From a virus (lineage: Duplodnaviria; Caudoviricetes): a stretch of DNA of 55,943 bases. Shown one piece after another: positions 28,955-37,439 of this stretch (positions are counted from its first letter, which is position 1; every line of letters starts with the position of its first letter). A model generated the notes under the pieces. It had not been told where the DNA came from, searched no databases, and was given only the letters and a program-made list of their open reading frames with translations. Made by a program: the position numbers and the translations under genes. The stretch lies in IMG/VR virus record IMGVR_UViG_3300047399_000091, positions 1 through 55,943 of that record; one strand, given 5' to 3'.

Positions 28955-29298
28955 TGTTCAAACTCCTCCCAAGAAAGGCAATAAGCCAGCACCGCGCCTT
29001 GATTGTCGCGGAGCTCGACGACTTGTATTTTTTCAGAGTCAGGTTCTGCGTTACGAGCAGCGTGAGCCATGTGCAGTGTGGTGTATCCTCTGCGAATGAT
29101 TGCTGCTTCTGAAGGTGCACGAGCTATATTCGAAGCTCCTGGCTCGGGCGGATCATTGCGCCAAGCAATTATTTCTGCAACAGTGGGTCTAGGTTTTTCC
29201 TCCTCTAGAATTTCATCTTTGTATTCCTCATGCAGTTTTTGCTCTTCGGCAGTTTCCTGCGGGGTTATTTTTTCTGGCTCCTGTTTCTGCTTTTTCAC
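28951..29298 (-). CDS. Hypothetical protein
   Basis: In operon, overlaps next gene; charged N-terminus. Confidence 0.55.
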   Translation of the reverse strand: MKKQKQEPEKITPQETAEEQKLHEEYKDEILEEEKPRPTVAEIIAWRNDPPEPGASNIARAPSEAAIIRRGYTTLHMAHAARNAEPDSEKIQVVELRDNQGAVLAYCLSWEEFEQ

Positions 29299-29313
29299 TT
29301 TGTCTTTTCCTTG

Positions 29314-31401
29314 TTAAAAGTTCGATTCTTCCCAGTTCTTGTTAACTCTCAGCTGTTGACGCCGCCTGCCTTCTGTTACGATTTCTAACCTTCCCTCCTC
29401 AAGCCATTCGCGGACTTTTGGCTTTGCGCGGGTTCTGCCTACGTGCTGACCGTTGACTTCGTAACCGTAAGTGGAAACAGTATCCACAGAGCACGCCTCA
29501 CCACTTTTACGCAGGAAATCGATCGCCTTCTTGACGCCTTCCCAAAGAGTGTCGTCAAACTCTCCGTCCTGCTCGTCTTCGGGGTTGTACGTTACGAATG
29601 TGTTATTCTCGATCGCCATAAGGTGCACAGGCGGCTGCGGTGCGGCGTAAGAGGCTTTGTCGAAAGAAAGCTGCAGGTAACGAGTTTTCGACATAGCATC
29701 ATATGGACGGAAATTTATCAAGTTCCAGTGCGCTCTGGTTAAATCGCCGAATGCTGCTGCACCACGCGTCGTATGCATATCAGCCTCACCAGCTCTTGCA
29801 CCTGCTTTTGTTGTATGCGTGACGTAAGTGACAGCGCAGTTCAGCTGATCAGCCAAAATTCCAGACGCCTTCATCATTGCGCTGGCAGAATCATTGCCAC
29901 CAGCTTCGTCGAAACCGAACAAGGTCATCGGATCGAAAATAAGCCAGCTCAAGGAGTCTTCTTTGTAATAACGGATGATCTCGTGCACCGTTTTAGTTAT
30001 ATCGTAGTGGTTTGTGCGCTGAACCTGCGTTGAAAGACTTATGGTATCGGTTTCAAAATCAACAAATGCGACATTTTCAAATGCAGCGTATTTTTCTTCC
30101 TCGCTCGACCACTCCATGTGGTTAGCGAGCATTATCAGTCTTCTCTGAAGCTGACGCTTTGGGTCTTCAGCGTTCATTACCAAAACTTTTCCAGGACGTT
30201 TTATTTCGTACTTGTCGAAAAGTTTTCTACCAGCTGCCACGTGCAACGCCATCCAAAGCGTGATCTGAGTTTTACCGGTTCCTCCAGGAGCAGCGAAAGT
30301 GGTGCGGTGTTTCGGGAGAATGTCCTCGATGATAAACTCCATTGCTGGAGGAGGGGTGCGGAAAAGGTCTGCAGCGGAATGCTTATTGTTTTCCCAGCCG
30401 AGGAGTCTTTTTACCTTCACTTCCTCCTCGGTCGGAGGGAGATCGTCAAATGCTTGCACAAAGAGCTTCAGCTGCACGCCAACACTTTGCGCCTGAGCGA
30501 TCATTGTGTCGAGGGTGTATTTGCTCTTTGTTGGTAGCATGGCTTGTCGGAAGAACAAGTCTGCCATCGTTTTGTCATCGGCTTTAGCGTTGTAGTTCGG
30601 AGACGCTTTAGACCATTTTACATATTCCTCGAAAACATTCTTGTCGTTCGGAAAAGCACGTCCGAGTGCCAATCCAACCTTGAACCACTGATCGCGCTCG
30701 TCTGGAGAGAACACCTGTAGCAGCGTGCGAACCTGGGTGAGTGTGTCGCCTTCTACCTGCCCCTTTATGTAAGCAAGTTCCTCTTCGCTCGCCAACGCGG
30801 AGGAAAGGTTGTTGATGCCTTTTTCGTCGCAACGACGTTGATATTCAGAAAGAGCCTCTTCCGCCAAATCTGTTATGTCGGTTACTTCGTCGGGACATTC
30901 TGTGTTGGGCAGAAGCTCGCCTGTTATCGCGACAAAACGCTTATCTGGATAAACTTCTATTGCAACACCTTTGGCACCCGCCTTGCGTGCATGACCGCGC
31001 CCAATTATATGGACACCTGTCCCCGAGTGCGACACCTCGACAAATGCTTTGGAGGCAATCGCTTTGTATGTGAATTTCTCAGCCCATTCGTCTACGAATT
31101 TCCCGCCTTCTCCAAGGACGTCGTCCAAATCGATCAGCAGCGAACCATTCGTGATAGCGAACCCAAGACCTGTGTAATGCGGTATGTGGTTTTTTAACGA
31201 TTCTAGCGCTTCGTCGTGCGAGCCCATGGCTGCAAAATCCTGCGCAGTTTCCATGGTTCCAGAGCGCCGCCGGTGCGTTGTTGGGTAGTAGGGGACTTTG
31301 CGTCCGTCCTCCTCCCGCCACACGAGCCAACGCTTCTCTGCCATTAGGTCGTCGGGCAGATGCATCTCGCGTGTTTGTCGTTCTAGTCGAATTATTCTCA
31401 T
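29314..31401 (-). CDS. Primase-polymerase (NrS-1-like AEP) + PriCT-2 + RecA-type (AAA_25) helicase
   Basis: IDLDD, EVSHSGTGVH, EVY..RFVAITG; DQWFKVGLAL; APGGTGKT, IFDP, RGAAAF. Confidence 0.88.
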   Translation of the reverse strand: MRIIRLERQTREMHLPDDLMAEKRWLVWREEDGRKVPYYPTTHRRRSGTMETAQDFAAMGSHDEALESLKNHIPHYTGLGFAITNGSLLIDLDDVLGEGGKFVDEWAEKFTYKAIASKAFVEVSHSGTGVHIIGRGHARKAGAKGVAIEVYPDKRFVAITGELLPNTECPDEVTDITDLAEEALSEYQRRCDEKGINNLSSALASEEELAYIKGQVEGDTLTQVRTLLQVFSPDERDQWFKVGLALGRAFPNDKNVFEEYVKWSKASPNYNAKADDKTMADLFFRQAMLPTKSKYTLDTMIAQAQSVGVQLKLFVQAFDDLPPTEEEVKVKRLLGWENNKHSAADLFRTPPPAMEFIIEDILPKHRTTFAAPGGTGKTQITLWMALHVAAGRKLFDKYEIKRPGKVLVMNAEDPKRQLQRRLIMLANHMEWSSEEEKYAAFENVAFVDFETDTISLSTQVQRTNHYDITKTVHEIIRYYKEDSLSWLIFDPMTLFGFDEAGGNDSASAMMKASGILADQLNCAVTYVTHTTKAGARAGEADMHTTRGAAAFGDLTRAHWNLINFRPYDAMSKTRYLQLSFDKASYAAPQPPVHLMAIENNTFVTYNPEDEQDGEFDDTLWEGVKKAIDFLRKSGEACSVDTVSTYGYEVNGQHVGRTRAKPKVREWLEEGRLEIVTEGRRRQQLRVNKNWEESNF

Positions 31402-31418
31402 TGGCGCACAGTTCGATC

Positions 31419-31453
31419 AAATAAAAGAGGAGCCGAGTTTCCCCAGCTCCTCT
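31419..31453 (-). terminator. Terminator after SSB gene
   Basis: mRNA GAGGAGCUGGG-GAAA-CUCGGCUCCUC-UUUU. Confidence 0.8.
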
Positions 31454-31461
31454 CCTGACAC

Positions 31462-32016
31462 TTAGAAGTTTTCGAGCTCTTTGTCGCTAACTTCACCGAA
31501 TGCATTCAGATCGGGTTTACCACCCGACAGTGCCTCTCCGTCTTTAACTTTTTGATACGCACGGAGTCCGAACGAAACGCCTGTGTTGCCAGAGGCATCA
31601 TAAGCGTAGGTCGTCCACTGCACGCGTCCAAACTGTCCTGCATAAACCTCTGCTTGGTCGAGGATTTCTTGCCTTTCCCGATCAATCACCGCAGGTGCAT
31701 ATTTGGAGCTGAAGGTCGCCATGGTGCTGCCTTCGGGAGCCCAACCAAACCACTCGGGTTTTGTTTCCGTGAGAGTGAACGGATAACCACTCTTCGGCTC
31801 GAGGGATTTGCGCTTGACACCTGCAGGCACTTTTGTTCCAAAGCGCTCGGTTGCTGCATTTTGAATCGCATCCTCCATCGCTTTGTATTCTGGAGAGGCT
31901 TGCGCTTTTTTGTCAAAAACGATAACCAACGACCAGACGTTCTCGCCACGATCATTTTGCTGCGGCTTGAACAAGTGAGGGAAAGAAATACGACCAATCG
32001 GACTAATGTTACTCAT
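31462..32016 (-). CDS. ssDNA-binding protein (DUF2815, T7 gp2.5-like)
   Basis: RISFPHLFKP, VYAG, GNTGVSFGL..QKVKDGEALSG, acidic tail ending in F. Confidence 0.88.
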   Translation of the reverse strand: MSNISPIGRISFPHLFKPQQNDRGENVWSLVIVFDKKAQASPEYKAMEDAIQNAATERFGTKVPAGVKRKSLEPKSGYPFTLTETKPEWFGWAPEGSTMATFSSKYAPAVIDRERQEILDQAEVYAGQFGRVQWTTYAYDASGNTGVSFGLRAYQKVKDGEALSGGKPDLNAFGEVSDKELENF

Positions 32017-32036
32017 TGCGAATTACTCCTTACACA

Positions 32037-32085
32037 TATGGCTGGTTAAGAATGGTTCGCGACCTACAGCCATAAGTCGCGAACC
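32037..32085 (-). promoter_or_regulatory. Predicted H-type pseudoknot in SSB leader
   Basis: 10-bp stem 32054-63/32076-85; loop 32067-74 complementary to 32037-44, 5 nt before the AAGGAG SD. Confidence 0.65.
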
Positions 32086-32093
32086 GCACTGCA

Positions 32094-33065
32094 TCATTCT
32101 TCTTCAGGGAACTCGTTTGCGTCAAATTCTTTGCGTACGAGCGTGAGTGGTCCAGGCTTCTTGACAGTTAGCTCGTCGAGATTGTGCCCTGCCTTTTCAG
32201 CTTCTGCGAGCGTCATGGCTTTCAAAATCATTGGGATGTTGACGTCAGTGCGCCAAACTCTCCTACCCTGACCCTGGACAACAGCGTATCCGCGTGGTGG
32301 TTTGCTTATTGCGAAAGCGTTGAGCTGCTCGAACCAATCGAGGATGCGCTTTTTATTTTCTATCGCCCAGAGCATAGTTTCTTCGTCAATTTCCTGCACA
32401 CTACGGAAAGCGATCTGTGCAGCGAGTTGTGCCTCAGATTTGCGCTCTGAGCAAATCGGTGAAGCTGGGCAATACTGGCAGTGGTCGCCAGCTTTGCGAG
32501 GCGCTGACGGATTTTCAATTAAAGCATCCGCAGCTGCAAGTATCGTATTTACAAGAGACTCGAACAATTTGCGCGACATGGTCGAGGAGCGGATTCCGCC
32601 AGCACGCGGTTGCACGATGTGCAATTGCACTTTCTTAACCTTGAGGCTATAAGTTTTTATTGCAGCGGCTGCATAAATCGCCAGCTGAGTATTGCCTTGC
32701 GCTTCGACGCGGTTGTATCCGTATTTCAAATCGAAAACATCCAACACACCTTTGTGGTAAACGACAGCGTCCGGCGTGCCGTGGATTTCCTCGGTTAGCC
32801 AAACTCGTTTTTCGACCCAAAGCTGTGCGCCTTTACGCTGAGCAGCTTGCCAGACACGATCAGTGTAGAGCTCTAACCCTTCATACGGACAGCCGGTGCT
32901 ATCTGCGCCGAAAAGTATTTTTGCCGCCCATTCATGAGCGTCAGTTCCTTCCTTGGCGGCAGCGGACGAAGGCGGCTGTGGCGCTTTTTTTGAAAGCCAA
33001 TAGCTTCCAGGACAAGCCAGCCAACGAGCTGACCCTGACGGAGAAAGTTCAGCGTGTTCGCTCAT
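32094..33065 (-). CDS. DUF2800 Cas4-like PD-(D/E)xK nuclease
   Basis: HAELSPS..RWLACPGS, GTPD, DLKYG, QLAIYA, HCQYCP..C. Confidence 0.88.
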   Translation of the reverse strand: MSEHAELSPSGSARWLACPGSYWLSKKAPQPPSSAAAKEGTDAHEWAAKILFGADSTGCPYEGLELYTDRVWQAAQRKGAQLWVEKRVWLTEEIHGTPDAVVYHKGVLDVFDLKYGYNRVEAQGNTQLAIYAAAAIKTYSLKVKKVQLHIVQPRAGGIRSSTMSRKLFESLVNTILAAADALIENPSAPRKAGDHCQYCPASPICSERKSEAQLAAQIAFRSVQEIDEETMLWAIENKKRILDWFEQLNAFAISKPPRGYAVVQGQGRRVWRTDVNIPMILKAMTLAEAEKAGHNLDELTVKKPGPLTLVRKEFDANEFPEEE

Positions 33066-33400
33066 AGCTCAATCACATTCAAAATGTATTTCAGGTAAAT
33101 TTTATCCCACACAAGTGTCTGCACGCAATCTACATTTTTATTTCGGAGCAGCAAACCTGTTGCGAGCGTGGCGAGCGGAGATCCATTCGGCAGTATGTAA
33201 TCTTGCTCTTGGTCAAAATCCGCCAAACGCTGTTCAGCTGCCTTTACATCTTCGCGCTTGTTCGGGTTCATCTCGTGATCGAACACCGAAACCAATGAGC
33301 CGAATTGCTCTGCGGGTCGTAGGTCGACGATTGGTTTTAGCTCCTTGGTGTAACTGTCTTTGCGCATGCGGTTGGAGGTTACAAAAACTCTTGGCATCAA
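33062..33400 (-). CDS. Hypothetical protein
   Basis: ATGA-coupled on both sides; PAEQFG..DYILPNGSP. Confidence 0.65.
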   Translation of the reverse strand: MMPRVFVTSNRMRKDSYTKELKPIVDLRPAEQFGSLVSVFDHEMNPNKREDVKAAEQRLADFDQEQDYILPNGSPLATLATGLLLRNKNVDCVQTLVWDKIYLKYILNVIEL

Positions 33401-34683
33401 AATGCTCCTGTTGTCATGATCTCGTTGAGTAAATCTGTTTTGTTTTCTAAAGCTCTAAGCACCCGCGCATCTATCGTGCCTTCGGTTATGTAATCCACCA
33501 CCACTGTTTTCTTCGTTTGTCCTGCGCGGTAATTGCGTGCGAGCGCTTGCTCCCGCTCCAGCAGCGACCACGAGCGCGAAAGCCAAAGCTGATACGTCGC
33601 GACCTGCAGGTTCAATCCCGTGCCATACATTTTCGGCGAGCCGACCAAAATCTGGAAATCCTTTTTAATGAATTCTTCTGGGTCAACGGTGACGCGGTAG
33701 CCGCGTTGGCTGAGTGCGTCAACGGCGTCATTGCGCTCCGCAACCCACACTGACCAAACGATACATTTCCCCGCAGCGACAAATGTGCTGATGTCGTCGA
33801 CGAGCTCTTTGAGCTTCGGATTTGGGAAAGAAAGATTCCAATCAGCCGCTCCATAACCAGAGGTCAGCCGCGTCAACCTGCCAGCGAGCACAGCGGCGTT
33901 TTGTGCAGTGAGCTCTTTGCTCTTGAATTCTGTGGCGTAGTTTTTCTGCAGCTCTTTGTAGCTCTTCATCAGCGCAGGCTCTGCAACACACATCCTCTGC
34001 AGGAAGGTGCGCTCGGGTAGTTCCAAAACCTCTTCGAGCTTAACCGTTATCCCGTATTCAGCGACGCGCTTTTTGAGCTTGTCGATGTTTTTGGTGACCA
34101 GAGTTCCGTCTTTGAGCTTCTGCGGCAGGAATGGGCGTCCTGCGATGCGCTTGCGCAAAGGGTGATTGGCGGGGAGCTCTTCGATGTATTCGCTTTGGAA
34201 CTCTCTGAAGGTTTCCATACGGCGCTCGGGCTGCAGGAACTTGAGCTGAGTGTACAAATCTGCTGGCGAGTTCGCGGTCGGAGTGCCGGTCAGCGCGAGT
34301 CTGTTCGGCGCCAACGGCGCGATTTTGAGCGCAGCTTTGGTTGTGACGGTGCTGGGCGACTTAATCCTGTGGCTCTCGTCGAGAATCAGCGTGGTGGGTT
34401 TTGCGTGCAGCACGCTCGAGATCGTTGCGAAATAACGCTTGTTGCGTAGCTGCTCGTAATGAAACACCAATGTCGGCACGCCGACAGCGATGGCGTCATC
34501 GATCCATTGCTTTTTGACCGAAAGCGGACAAACAACAACTGCGCTGTTGGTCCATTTCTGCGCTATGAGCAGTGCGCAATACGTCTTGCCTGTTCCTGGA
34601 TCAGAGAACAATCCGTAGGAATTGCGCGGTGCAGCTTCATTCAGCGCTTTGCGCTGCCAATCGAATAATGGTTTGTTTTCCAT
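33397..34683 (-). CDS. SNF2-like superfamily 2 helicase
   Basis: DPGTGKT, DESH, LTGTP, GLNLQ, QALARNYRAGQ; ATG 34683 after GGAG. Confidence 0.9.
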   Translation of the reverse strand: MENKPLFDWQRKALNEAAPRNSYGLFSDPGTGKTYCALLIAQKWTNSAVVVCPLSVKKQWIDDAIAVGVPTLVFHYEQLRNKRYFATISSVLHAKPTTLILDESHRIKSPSTVTTKAALKIAPLAPNRLALTGTPTANSPADLYTQLKFLQPERRMETFREFQSEYIEELPANHPLRKRIAGRPFLPQKLKDGTLVTKNIDKLKKRVAEYGITVKLEEVLELPERTFLQRMCVAEPALMKSYKELQKNYATEFKSKELTAQNAAVLAGRLTRLTSGYGAADWNLSFPNPKLKELVDDISTFVAAGKCIVWSVWVAERNDAVDALSQRGYRVTVDPEEFIKKDFQILVGSPKMYGTGLNLQVATYQLWLSRSWSLLEREQALARNYRAGQTKKTVVVDYITEGTIDARVLRALENKTDLLNEIMTTGAF

Positions 34684-35101
34684 GTTGCTCCAGTTTCTCC
34701 TGTAGTCCTTGCCAACGAGCGCGTGCATTGGTGCTACCAACCCACAACGCTTTCGATAACACTTGGTCCTCTGTTGCTCCAACAAGCAGCGCAACGTCGC
34801 GACCAGAGAGAAGTATCGCTCGGTTTTTGTGAAAGAGCAACACGCAGGTGAAAATATTTTTTTCGCTTGCTTGTCGAGCCCATAAAATTTGCAATGGTCT
34901 GAGCTGCCCTGCACCGGTGCCGGCAGTGAGAGGCTTGCGATGGGTTTCTGGAACAACCTTCAGCTCGATCCACCCTGTGATGCCTGAGCCTGTGGCGAAG
35001 TAAACATCTGGCATTCCAGGGCTAGCAGGAGACTCAACCCTGACGGCAAAAGGCAGCTCGCCTGAGTCTTTTAGGCTGTTCCAGAAAGCAGATTCTTTCA
35101 T
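34637..35101 (-). CDS. VRR-NUC-like nuclease / Holliday junction resolvase
   Basis: MKES..RVES..GMPD..WIELK..LRPLQ..W. Confidence 0.8.
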   Translation of the reverse strand: MKESAFWNSLKDSGELPFAVRVESPASPGMPDVYFATGSGITGWIELKVVPETHRKPLTAGTGAGQLRPLQILWARQASEKNIFTCVLLFHKNRAILLSGRDVALLVGATEDQVLSKALWVGSTNARARWQGLQEKLEQHGKQTIIRLAAQSAE

Positions 35102-35124
35102 AAAAACAATGATTTACAAATTTG

Positions 35125-35154
35125 TTGCTTTTTCGTGAAAAGTTCCGGCATAAT
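35125..35154 (+). promoter_or_regulatory. sigma70-like early promoter
   Basis: TTGCTT-N18-CATAAT in the divergent intergenic region. Confidence 0.65.
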
Positions 35155-35193
35155 TCGTTTTGCAGTCAACCGTAACCAACTGGAGAAATCGAC

Positions 35194-35694
35194 ATGAACA
35201 TTTTCATCCTTCACGAATCTGCCCCTCTCGCCGCAGCAATGCACTGCGACAAGCACGTCGTCAAGATGGTGCTCGAAACCGCACAGATCCTCGCCACTGT
35301 GCACCACATCCACGGCAATGGCGCTGCCGTCAAGTATAAACCAACTCACACCAAACACCCCTGCGTACAGTGGGCGGCTGAGTCGGTGCTGAACTATCGC
35401 TGGCTGCGTACGCTCGGTTTGCATCTGGCTCACGAGTACAAAAAGCGCTACAACAAATTCCACGCCTGCCACGAGCTTTTCTTGGGCGAGCTGAGCGACG
35501 TACCACCCGCCCTGACTTCTGCGCGTGTAACGTCGTTTGCATTGGCTATGCCTGATCATTGCAAGACCAGCGATCCTGTTGAGTCGTACCGTAATTATTA
35601 CCGTCACAAGCGCGACACCACCAGCTGGATGAGCTGGGAGAAGTCAAACTACGGAATGCCGAGCTGGATGGCCAAAGTTGAGGAGGTGCAATAA
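35194..35694 (+). CDS. Pyrimidine-dimer DNA glycosylase-like protein
   Basis: MNIF..HCDKHVVKMVLETAQIL..YKPTHTKHPC..W; EYKKRY..H. Confidence 0.8.
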   Translation: MNIFILHESAPLAAAMHCDKHVVKMVLETAQILATVHHIHGNGAAVKYKPTHTKHPCVQWAAESVLNYRWLRTLGLHLAHEYKKRYNKFHACHELFLGELSDVPPALTSARVTSFALAMPDHCKTSDPVESYRNYYRHKRDTTSWMSWEKSNYGMPSWMAKVEEVQ

Positions 35695-35948
35695 TGTACA
35701 TCGAAGAAATCGAAGCTCGCGTGGCGGGAATTCCTTGCCTGATCGGAGTGACGCATTACCACAGCGTGCGCGGCTCATACAGCCGCAATGCTGCGAGCGA
35801 CCTGGACTACTACGGCTACACCGAAGTTGAGTGGGAAGTGCTGGATCGTCGGGGTCGGCGAGCTCTCTGGCTGGAGCGCAAAATGAGTGATTTCGAGCGT
35901 GATGAAATCGACGACCTCGTTAACGAGAAGATGAGGGACGACTCGTAA
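35694..35948 (+). CDS. Hypothetical early protein
   Basis: GAGG RBS, TAATG coupling. Confidence 0.7.
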   Translation: MYIEEIEARVAGIPCLIGVTHYHSVRGSYSRNAASDLDYYGYTEVEWEVLDRRGRRALWLERKMSDFERDEIDDLVNEKMRDDS

Positions 35949-35989
35949 GTCATTGTTCTACATCATGAATATTTTTGATAAAAAAGTTG

Positions 35990-36059
35990 TTGCTTTGTGG
36001 AACTTTTAGCAGGATAATTCATTCACCTTCTGCAATAACGCAGGGGTCAAAACAGGAGA
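35990..36059 (+). promoter_or_regulatory. sigma70-like promoter + leader hairpin + RBS (copy 1)
   Basis: TTGCTT-N17-GATAAT; near-identical to the 38316 element. Confidence 0.8.
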
Positions 36060-36066
36060 AACCGAA

Positions 36067-36360
36067 ATGAACGCAACCAAACAAATCAGCACGATCGACG
36101 AACTCGGCTCCATCAACGAGCAGATCAAAGCACTCGAAGCTCGCGCCAAAGAGCTCAAAGCGGAGGTCGCCAACCAGTTCGGCGAGGGTGCTGTTGCAGG
36201 TGCGGAGTTTTCCGCCAAGGTAACACTCTCGCAGCGCAACACGCTCGACGGCAAAGCGCTCGCAGCCGAGCTCGGCGCTACCGCAGAACAGATCGCCAAG
36301 TTCACCAAGGTCAGCTCCATCATCACGATCAAAACCGAACGCATCACTCACGTTGCTTAA
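36067..36360 (+). CDS. Hypothetical early protein
   Basis: AGGAG RBS; IDELG..I..L coiled coil. Confidence 0.75.
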   Translation: MNATKQISTIDELGSINEQIKALEARAKELKAEVANQFGEGAVAGAEFSAKVTLSQRNTLDGKALAAELGATAEQIAKFTKVSSIITIKTERITHVA

Positions 36361-36390
36361 TCGTTAATTGCATTCAACTGGAGAGAGAAA

Positions 36391-36780
36391 ATGTTTAAAT
36401 ATAACGATGGTGGTCGCAAGGATGCTGGCTTTAAGGGCGTAGCAGGTGACTGTGCCGCTCGTGCGATGGCGATTGCTTTGCAACTCGATTACAAAATCGC
36501 GTACAACGAGTTGGCTCAAGCCAACAAGGATTGTGGTCGCTCCAAATCGGCACGCAACGGAATTTACAAGGATGTCTACTCTGATGTGCTGGCGCGTCAC
36601 GGTTGGGTTTGGGTGCCTGCTCCAAAACTGGATGGTCGTAAGGCTCGATGCAGCGACATGCCTGCTGGCGTGGTGATTGTTCGGCAGGCACATCATTTCG
36701 TGGCGGTGATCGACGGCGTTGCAAACGACATCTGGGACTGCACTCATCGAATGGTTTACGGGTATTGGGCAAAGAAATAA
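36391..36780 (+). CDS. Hypothetical protein, possible papain/C39-like Cys-His fold
   Basis: GDCAARAMAIAL ... HHFVAVIDG; GGAG RBS. Confidence 0.55.
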   Translation: MFKYNDGGRKDAGFKGVAGDCAARAMAIALQLDYKIAYNELAQANKDCGRSKSARNGIYKDVYSDVLARHGWVWVPAPKLDGRKARCSDMPAGVVIVRQAHHFVAVIDGVANDIWDCTHRMVYGYWAKK

Positions 36781-36787
36781 TTTCAGG

Positions 36788-36822
36788 AGGGGGTTGACTC
36801 CCCCTTTTGTTTAACTGATAAT
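36788..36822 (+). promoter_or_regulatory. Terminator hairpin overlapping a promoter
   Basis: AGGGGG-TTGACT-CCCCCT-TTTGTTT; loop TTGACT is 17 nt from GATAAT. Confidence 0.7.
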
Positions 36823-36866
36823 TACATCACTCACTGCAATCCGCAGTGATTAACTGGAGAGTAGAT

Positions 36867-37085
36867 ATGAAACCGCAAATCAAAATTTCAATTGCCCCCG
36901 CACCGCTTGAGCAAGTTTTGACCGCAGAATTTGAGGCAGAGCAACGCAAGCTGCTGGCGCTGCATCACGCAGCACCGGAACTGCTGGATGCTCTGAAAGA
37001 ACTTGCCCCGTTGCTGGATGGCAAAAAGTTTGACGGATACCGCCAACACGTTTCCTGTATAATCGCCAAAGCGGAGGGGAAATAA
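36867..37085 (+). CDS. Hypothetical protein with AAPELL module
   Basis: GGAG RBS; C-terminus paralogous to next gene. Confidence 0.7.
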   Translation: MKPQIKISIAPAPLEQVLTAEFEAEQRKLLALHHAAPELLDALKELAPLLDGKKFDGYRQHVSCIIAKAEGK

Positions 37086-37086
37086 C

Positions 37087-37437
37087 ATGAGCAAACATAC
37101 ACCGGCACCTTGGTACGCCCCGATTTGGCACGGCGATGAAAAAATGAATAAACGCGCCGATGCACTTGGAATTTCAAGAGTTCCCGCCCTTACAAATGAT
37201 GGTTCACGCTTTGTGATAACAGAAAGTGGGCGCGTTGCGCTTGTCGATTGCAAGACCGAATACAAGCGCGGCAAAGGTCATCAAACCGAGTGCGCTGAAC
37301 GCGATGCCAACGCAAGACTTATCGCGGCAGCACCAGAACTGCTGGATGCGCTGAAAGCCTGTATCAAAGGTCGTGATGATAGAGAAGCGTGTGTAACGGA
37401 AGCATTGATGGTCATCGCGAAAGCTGAGGGGAAATAA
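37087..37437 (+). CDS. Hypothetical protein (HTPxPW...ANARLIAAAPELL type)
   Basis: Motif pair recalled from phage early proteins. Confidence 0.75.
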   Translation: MSKHTPAPWYAPIWHGDEKMNKRADALGISRVPALTNDGSRFVITESGRVALVDCKTEYKRGKGHQTECAERDANARLIAAAPELLDALKACIKGRDDREACVTEALMVIAKAEGK

Positions 37438-37439
37438 CA

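Noticed and set aside
34684-34956. N-terminal extension of the helicase in the ORF track
   Set aside because: It overlaps the VRR-NUC-like gene; ATG 34683 has an RBS and starts just before the helicase motifs.
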